Shown piece by piece: positions 7,528 to 12,110 of a stretch of DNA of 12,110 nt. A model generated the notes under the pieces. The model made no database searches. It had not been told where the DNA came from and saw only the letters and a list, made by a program, of their open reading frames with translations. Source of the stretch: Promethearchaeota archaeon (GTDB lineage Archaea; Asgardarchaeota; Lokiarchaeia; Sigyniarchaeales; SOKP01); the NCBI GenBank assembly GCA_048941285.1, contig JBHLNS010000027.1:1-12110 (forward strand), in the 5' to 3' direction. The first letter of the stretch is position 1; each line of letters starts with the position of its first letter. Both the position numbers and the translations under genes were made by a program.

Positions 7528-7593
7528 AAAGTCTTTAATCAGTTTAAAATAAAAATGATTTTTATAGATTAGACTGCTGAACTATAATTGAAG

Positions 7594-8583
7594 TTATTTA
7601 AGCCGTTTACTTAAGACATCAATCATATCCTTTGTCATAGAAGCTAAATCATAGGACGGGTTCCAATTCCATTCTTCTCGAGCTAACGAGTCATCAATCG
7701 ATTTTGGCCATGAATCTGCAATTTCTTGTCTGAAGTCAGGAATATACTCGATTTGAAATTCAGGTATATGTTTTTTAATTTCGGCAGCAATCTCTCCTGC
7801 AGAAAAACTCATACCTGTAATATTATATACTCGGCGTTTTAATTTTGAATCATCAGCTTCTAAAATATCAATCATGCACTTAAGACAGTCAGGCATATAC
7901 ATCATAGGTAAAACAGTTTCTTCTTTAAGAAAACATGTATATTGCTTATTCTTGATTGCTTCATAGAAAATCTCAACAGCATAATCTGTAGTACCTCCTC
8001 CAGGGAGGGTTTCACTACTTATTATTCCAGGGAGCCTCATTGAGCGAATATCAAGTTTATATTTTTTATAATAGTATTCTGTTAGGAGTTCTCCAGCGAC
8101 TTTAGTAATGCCATACATCGTTGTAGGTTGTAATATTGTAGTGTTAGGAGTATTATCTCTTGGAGTAGTAGGCCCGAAAGCAGCAATTGAACTTGGCCAT
8201 ATTACATTCTTAATTCTGTATCTTCTGCTAGCTTCAAGCACATTAATTAATCCGTTCATATTTATATCCCAAGCAGTTTGAGGCATGTTCTCTCCAGTAG
8301 CTGAAAGAATTGAAGCCATATGATAGATTGTGTCTATTTCATACTCATATAAGACTCGTGAAAGACTATTACGTTCTAAGGCATCTAGGTAAATTACAGG
8401 ACCAGATTCTTTAACAACATCTGGAAGTGGAGTTTTTCTTCCCGTAGCAACTACATTATCATTACCATATTTTTCTCTTAGAAATGGTACTAATTCACTA
8501 CCAATTTGCCCAGCAGCTCCTATTACTAAAATTCTTCTCATATTTATCAGATTTTGACATGTATCATTATTAGTATAATTCAT
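7594..8583 (-). CDS. tdh: L-threonine 3-dehydrogenase, extended-SDR (GalE-like) type
   Basis: GAAGQIG NAD-binding motif, ILSATGE, PSSIAAFG, YGITK catalytic YxxxK, and the TDH-specific PGGGTTDYA, LPMMYMPD and RQEIADSWP motifs. Adjacent to kbl. Start is ATG 8583 (GGAG upstream) or ATG 8541 (Met15). Confidence 0.92.
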   Translation of the reverse strand: MNYTNNDTCQNLINMRRILVIGAAGQIGSELVPFLREKYGNDNVVATGRKTPLPDVVKESGPVIYLDALERNSLSRVLYEYEIDTIYHMASILSATGENMPQTAWDINMNGLINVLEASRRYRIKNVIWPSSIAAFGPTTPRDNTPNTTILQPTTMYGITKVAGELLTEYYYKKYKLDIRSMRLPGIISSETLPGGGTTDYAVEIFYEAIKNKQYTCFLKEETVLPMMYMPDCLKCMIDILEADDSKLKRRVYNITGMSFSAGEIAAEIKKHIPEFQIEYIPDFRQEIADSWPKSIDDSLAREEWNWNPSYDLASMTKDMIDVLSKRLK

Positions 8584-8721
8584 AATTTACTCCATAAAAA
8601 AAGGTTTATTCATAAAATTCTAACTTTAATCCATTATTATAGGATAAGTAAAACTAAAATACTTTTCAAAATACACATAAATTATAATTTTACTCACTTA
8701 TTTCAAAAAAATTAAGGTGTT

Positions 8722-9912
8722 ATGATGAAAAGAGATCCTGTTGCTTTTCTTAGAGAGGAAATGACTGAATTAAGAAACAACAATCTTGAATGGATTATTA
8801 GATATCTTGAAAAAGGGTCCAAACCACATTCAGTTGTCGATGGAAAAGAAGTTTTAATGCTAAATACCAATAATTATCTTGGTTTAGCAACACATCCAAA
8901 AATTATTCAAGCATCGATTGAAGCTACAAAAAAGTATGGTGCTGGAGCAGGAGCAGTTCCAGTTATTGCAGGTTCATTTGATTTAACAAAGCAATTTGAA
9001 GAGAAATTTGCCGAATTTAAGGAAGTAGAAGCCTCAATTCTCTGCCAGACGGGATTTGCTGTAAATTCTGGGTTAATTCCTATGCTTGTTGGAAAGCCCG
9101 ATATTGTTGTATCAGATGAATTAAATCATGGTTCTATTATTGATGGAGTAAGATTGTCTGGAGCAAAAAGAATTATATATAAACATCGCGATGTAGGGGA
9201 TTTAGAAAAACAATTGAAAGAAGCTGAAAAAGAAGGAGCAAGAAGAATCTGCATTATTACTGATGGTGTTTTCAGTATGGATGGAGATATGGCGCCTTTA
9301 GATAAAATCGCGAAAGTTGCTGAAGAATTTGGTGCCATGATCTTTGTTGATGACTGTCATGGGGAGGGTGTACTTGGAGAGGGCAGAGGTATTGTTGCTC
9401 ATTTTAACCTACAAGGAAAAGTTCACGTTGAAGGCGGTTCTATGAGTAAAGGTTTTGGTGTTTTTGGGGGTACTGTTGCGGGCTCAAAAGACTTAATTGA
9501 ATTTTGTGCAAATAAAAGTAGAACATATTTATTAAGTACAGCTCATCCTCCTGGAGTAGTAGCTGCAAATAAAGCTTCAATAGAAGTTGTTGAGAGTGAA
9601 CCTGAGCATGTTAAAAGAGTTTGGGAACACACAAATTATTTCAAGAAAGAAGTTCAAAGTATGGGATATAATACTGGAAACTCACAAACACCAATCATTC
9701 CATTGATAATTGGTGATCCTGGGAAAGCTCAAGAACTTGCGAGAATTCTTTTTGAAGAAGAGAATATCTATGGAACTCCAATCGTATTTCCTATGGTTGC
9801 TAGAGAATTGTCCAGAATTAGAGTTCAAATGAATGCTCTACTTACTAAAGAAGATTTAACAATGTCTTTAAGTGCAATTGAAAAAGTAGGAAAAAAATTA
9901 GATATAATTTAA
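8722..9912 (+). CDS. kbl: Glycine C-acetyltransferase (2-amino-3-ketobutyrate CoA ligase), PLP-dependent alpha-oxoamine synthase family
   Basis: Motifs NNYLGLA, SDELNHGSIIDG, TDGVFSMDGD, VDDCHGEG, GSMSKGFG (PLP lysine), IVFPMVA and RIRVQ. Divergent neighbour of tdh. AAGGTG lies upstream, and the true start may be 8725. Confidence 0.85.
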   Translation: MMKRDPVAFLREEMTELRNNNLEWIIRYLEKGSKPHSVVDGKEVLMLNTNNYLGLATHPKIIQASIEATKKYGAGAGAVPVIAGSFDLTKQFEEKFAEFKEVEASILCQTGFAVNSGLIPMLVGKPDIVVSDELNHGSIIDGVRLSGAKRIIYKHRDVGDLEKQLKEAEKEGARRICIITDGVFSMDGDMAPLDKIAKVAEEFGAMIFVDDCHGEGVLGEGRGIVAHFNLQGKVHVEGGSMSKGFGVFGGTVAGSKDLIEFCANKSRTYLLSTAHPPGVVAANKASIEVVESEPEHVKRVWEHTNYFKKEVQSMGYNTGNSQTPIIPLIIGDPGKAQELARILFEEENIYGTPIVFPMVARELSRIRVQMNALLTKEDLTMSLSAIEKVGKKLDII

Positions 9913-9938
9913 TTTTATTTATTATTTTTTTTTGTTTT
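9913..9938 (+). terminator. Oligo-T archaeal terminator candidate for kbl
   Basis: T-rich tract immediately after the kbl stop, including T9 at 9925-9933. Confidence 0.5.
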
Positions 9939-10085
9939 CACGATTTTTACTAGGTAATTTTTTCTGATAAGAACAACTGATATAATTCTTATTATTCCTA
10001 TAGTTATGAATAAATCATATCCAAGTATTCCACCGTTATTAGGAGTTCCAGGCTCTAATGGTGTAAATATATAACTGATTTTTTT
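9915..10085 (-). pseudogene. Start-less relic encoding a Pro-rich linker plus a Loki-CTERM-like sorting signal
   Basis: Stop-to-stop frame between TAG (10086-10088) and TAA (9915-9917) reads KKISYIFTPLEPGTPNNGGILGYDLFITIGIIRIISVVLIRKNYLVKIVKTKKNNK. There is no ATG, GTG or TTG upstream of the motif within this frame. Confidence 0.6.
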
Positions 10086-10112
10086 CTACAATTTTTTACT
10101 ACTAAAAATTAG

Positions 10113-10119
10113 AAAAAAA
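10113..10119 (-). terminator. Oligo-T terminator candidate for the COG1751 gene
   Basis: A7 on the plus strand (T7 on the minus strand) a few nt after the stop at 10125. Confidence 0.4.
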
Positions 10120-10124
10120 TAAAT

Positions 10125-10709
10125 TTATAATGGTTTTGCTAAGATTGCTTTTACTCGGAGTTGATCAAATAAACTTGTGGGCATTGCTTTTATTAGACAT
10201 ACTGTGTCCGCACCACTCCCAGTTCCTCCTAAACAAATGATATCTTGCTCGATATCTTGAATTAATCCTGCATCAGCAGCCATACAAGCAATTTCCATGC
10301 AAACTTTGATTCCTTGACTAAAACTAGTCCGAAGATATTTAGCTAAAATTTCTATAGGTAGCCATTGATTCAATGATTTACGCATACTTCTCTCTATACC
10401 TGCCATAGCGTGAGTTGAAGTGAAAACCTTTAAGCCTAGTTCTCTTAGATTTTCCATTAAATTTTCTGGAAATTCCTGTCGATTCTCAAGTCCACCAAAA
10501 TAATACGAATGCGTGATTATCACAAGATTATATTTTTTTGGGTTGAAAAATTCTAATGCTTTTGAAGCCGTTGAGCCTGTCGTACTTGCAATAACTATAT
10601 CTCTAATATTGAGTTGATCAGCATATTTTTTAGCAATTTCTAAAGCCTTATTAGTGTTTAGAGGGCCACCTTTTTCAAAATAAGTAACTTCAATCCTTAA
10701 ATCTGTCAT
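10125..10709 (-). CDS. Stand-alone pyruvate kinase C-terminal (alpha/beta) domain-like protein (COG1751)
   Basis: Motifs YFEKGGPLNT, IVIASTTGSTA, THAMAGIERS, SQGIKVCMEIACMAADAG and GGTGSGADT are characteristic of this family. No pyruvate kinase catalytic barrel is present. Confidence 0.85.
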   Translation of the reverse strand: MTDLRIEVTYFEKGGPLNTNKALEIAKKYADQLNIRDIVIASTTGSTASKALEFFNPKKYNLVIITHSYYFGGLENRQEFPENLMENLRELGLKVFTSTHAMAGIERSMRKSLNQWLPIEILAKYLRTSFSQGIKVCMEIACMAADAGLIQDIEQDIICLGGTGSGADTVCLIKAMPTSLFDQLRVKAILAKPL

Positions 10710-10710
10710 A

Positions 10711-10750
10711 TTTCAACAACTGATTAAATACTTTTCTTAATTTGTTGAAA
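10711..10750. promoter_or_regulatory. Inverted repeat abutting the COG1751 start codon
   Basis: TTTCAACAA(10711-10719) and TTGTTGAAA(10742-10750) are perfect 9-bp arms with a 22-nt spacer that has inner ATTAA/TTAAT pairing. Confidence 0.45.
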
Positions 10751-10920
10751 GATAATTTAATTTATAATAATTTTCTTAGTATAATTATCTCCTCAAAATA
10801 TGGATAATTAATGGATTTTTATAAATTGAAAAAATATTACAAAATAGTATCTGAAAAATGAAAACTTTTAAAATAACTTTAACGAATAATTAAAAAACAT
10901 ATATTAAATTTAAAACAAAA

Positions 10921-12110
10921 ATGGTAATAAATATGGAGAATGATGAAATAAAACCAAAATACAACAAATTTGGCATGGCTTCTTATGGTTCTGGAAGTTT
11001 AGCAAGAGAATTTTTAAGTATGGCATTCACTACAACTGTATTTTTCTTTTATGAGGATCAGGTTGGACTAGATGGCTGGCTGGTTGTCATTGGTATTATA
11101 ATTTTTGCTATATATAATATGTTCAATGATCCAATTATAGGGTATTTGACAAATCGACCTTTCAAATTCACGAGGAAATGGGGAAGACGATTTCCTTGGT
11201 TGATAATTGGAGGAATCCCCTTTGGGATAAGTTATTTTCTTGTTTTTATCCCACCCAATGTCGATCCAGTATCTGGAGGATGGATAATATTTATTTGGCT
11301 TATTTTTACTACTTGTCTATTCGATACTTTTCATTCATTATATTTTGTGAACTTTATTGCTCTATTTCCTGAAAAATACCGTACAGATAAAGAAAGAAGA
11401 TTAGCAAGCGGAATTTATGTGCCAATTGGGGTTGTCGGTGTGGCATTAGGAGCTATAATACCTCCAGTATTGTTTGAATTTGGGAATCTGTCATCATATT
11501 CTTTTCAAGGGCTTATAGTATTTATAATTGCTTTGTTTTTTCTATTTTTAGCGATTCCGGGATTTAGAGAGAAACGTGAAATGGTTGAGGATTATCTTAC
11601 TACTTTTAAACAAGCACCAAAAAGAGAATCTTTCTTTAAAACTCTTAAAACAGCTTTAAAACAAGGGTCATTCCTCACATGGATGTTTCTCTATACAATG
11701 TATTTCTCCCTGATTAATACTATGCAAAACTCACTTTATTATACTGTGAAATATGTACTACTTAAGCCATCAAGTGCTTCTACATTGATCTTTGCAGGTT
11801 TTTTAATTGGAGCCGTATTATCAACACCAGTTTGGGTCAAATTGGCTCATAAACTTAATAATAATAAGAAAATCATATTGATTGCAGGGCTTATGTTAGG
11901 TGTTTTTGCATTTCCATTGTTGTTTCTCGAAGACTATGTTGGTATAATAATTACAATGGTTTTTTGGGGAATAGGCCTTGGAGGTTTTTGGTTTATGATA
12001 TTTCCAGTTATGTCTGATGTGATTGATGAATCTGTAGTAATAACTGGTAAACGTGAAGAAGGAATATATGCTGGATTTTCACAATTTTTTGCTCGCCTAG
12101 GTATCGTAGC
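10921..12110 (+). CDS. MFS transporter, GPH (MelB/MFS_2-like) family; 3'-truncated by the window edge
   Basis: Not in the ORF track; translated by hand and open from ATG 10921 (or 10933) to the edge. Reads ...SYGSGSLAREFL...IYNMFNDPIIGYLTNRPFKFTRKWGRRFPW...ALFPEKYRTDKERR...MSDVIDESVVITGKREEGIYAG, with many hydrophobic helices. Confidence 0.92.
   Translation, partial: MVINMENDEIKPKYNKFGMASYGSGSLAREFLSMAFTTTVFFFYEDQVGLDGWLVVIGIIIFAIYNMFNDPIIGYLTNRPFKFTRKWGRRFPWLIIGGIPFGISYFLVFIPPNVDPVSGGWIIFIWLIFTTCLFDTFHSLYFVNFIALFPEKYRTDKERRLASGIYVPIGVVGVALGAIIPPVLFEFGNLSSYSFQGLIVFIIALFFLFLAIPGFREKREMVEDYLTTFKQAPKRESFFKTLKTALKQGSFLTWMFLYTMYFSLINTMQNSLYYTVKYVLLKPSSASTLIFAGFLIGAVLSTPVWVKLAHKLNNNKKIILIAGLMLGVFAFPLLFLEDYVGIIITMVFWGIGLGGFWFMIFPVMSDVIDESVVITGKREEGIYAGFSQFFARLGIV

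Noticed and set aside
9126-9338. 70-aa minus-strand ORF
   Set aside because: Antisense shadow within kbl.
11178-11372. 64-aa plus-strand ORF
   Set aside because: Alternative frame inside the continuous MFS reading frame that starts at 10921.
2276-12110. Hypothetical sphingolipid or aminolipid cluster (alpha-oxoamine synthase + reductases + deacylase + MFSD2-like transporter)
   Set aside because: The SDR carries TDH-specific motifs, which makes KBL the simplest assignment. The genes alternate in orientation with no operon structure, and there is no acyl carrier or acyltransferase.
1-12110. CRISPR arrays, tRNA/rRNA, IS elements, integrases
   Set aside because: No regularly spaced repeats, GC-rich structured RNA segments, transposase motifs or terminal repeats with target duplications were seen.

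Overview
This is an AT-rich (roughly 30% GC by eye), gene-dense archaeal chromosomal region. It is most likely Asgard/Lokiarchaeia, inferred from Loki-CTERM-like sorting tails, the beta-helix surface-protein family, the MFS subfamily and oligo-T terminators. It carries 12 real CDS in frequently alternating orientation: two divergent F420-dependent-type LLM oxidoreductase paralogs flanking a secreted parallel beta-helix surface protein, a TatD-family hydrolase, a DUF6054-like protein, a short HDAC-family deacylase, a Cys-rich 4Fe-4S protein, a class I SAM methyltransferase, a head-to-head tdh (SDR-type)/kbl threonine-catabolism pair, a COG1751 pyruvate-kinase-C-terminal-like protein and a GPH-family MFS transporter. 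The two edge-truncated genes (LLM at <1..872, MFS at 10921..>12110) are missing from the ORF track and were translated by hand. I see no RNA genes, CRISPR array, mobile element or clearly new multi-gene system. The best leads are a start-less orphan Loki-CTERM anchor relic between kbl and COG1751, an LLM and TatD in frame across a single TAG, an Arg-to-Pro change in the KBL glycine loop, and two operator-like inverted repeats.
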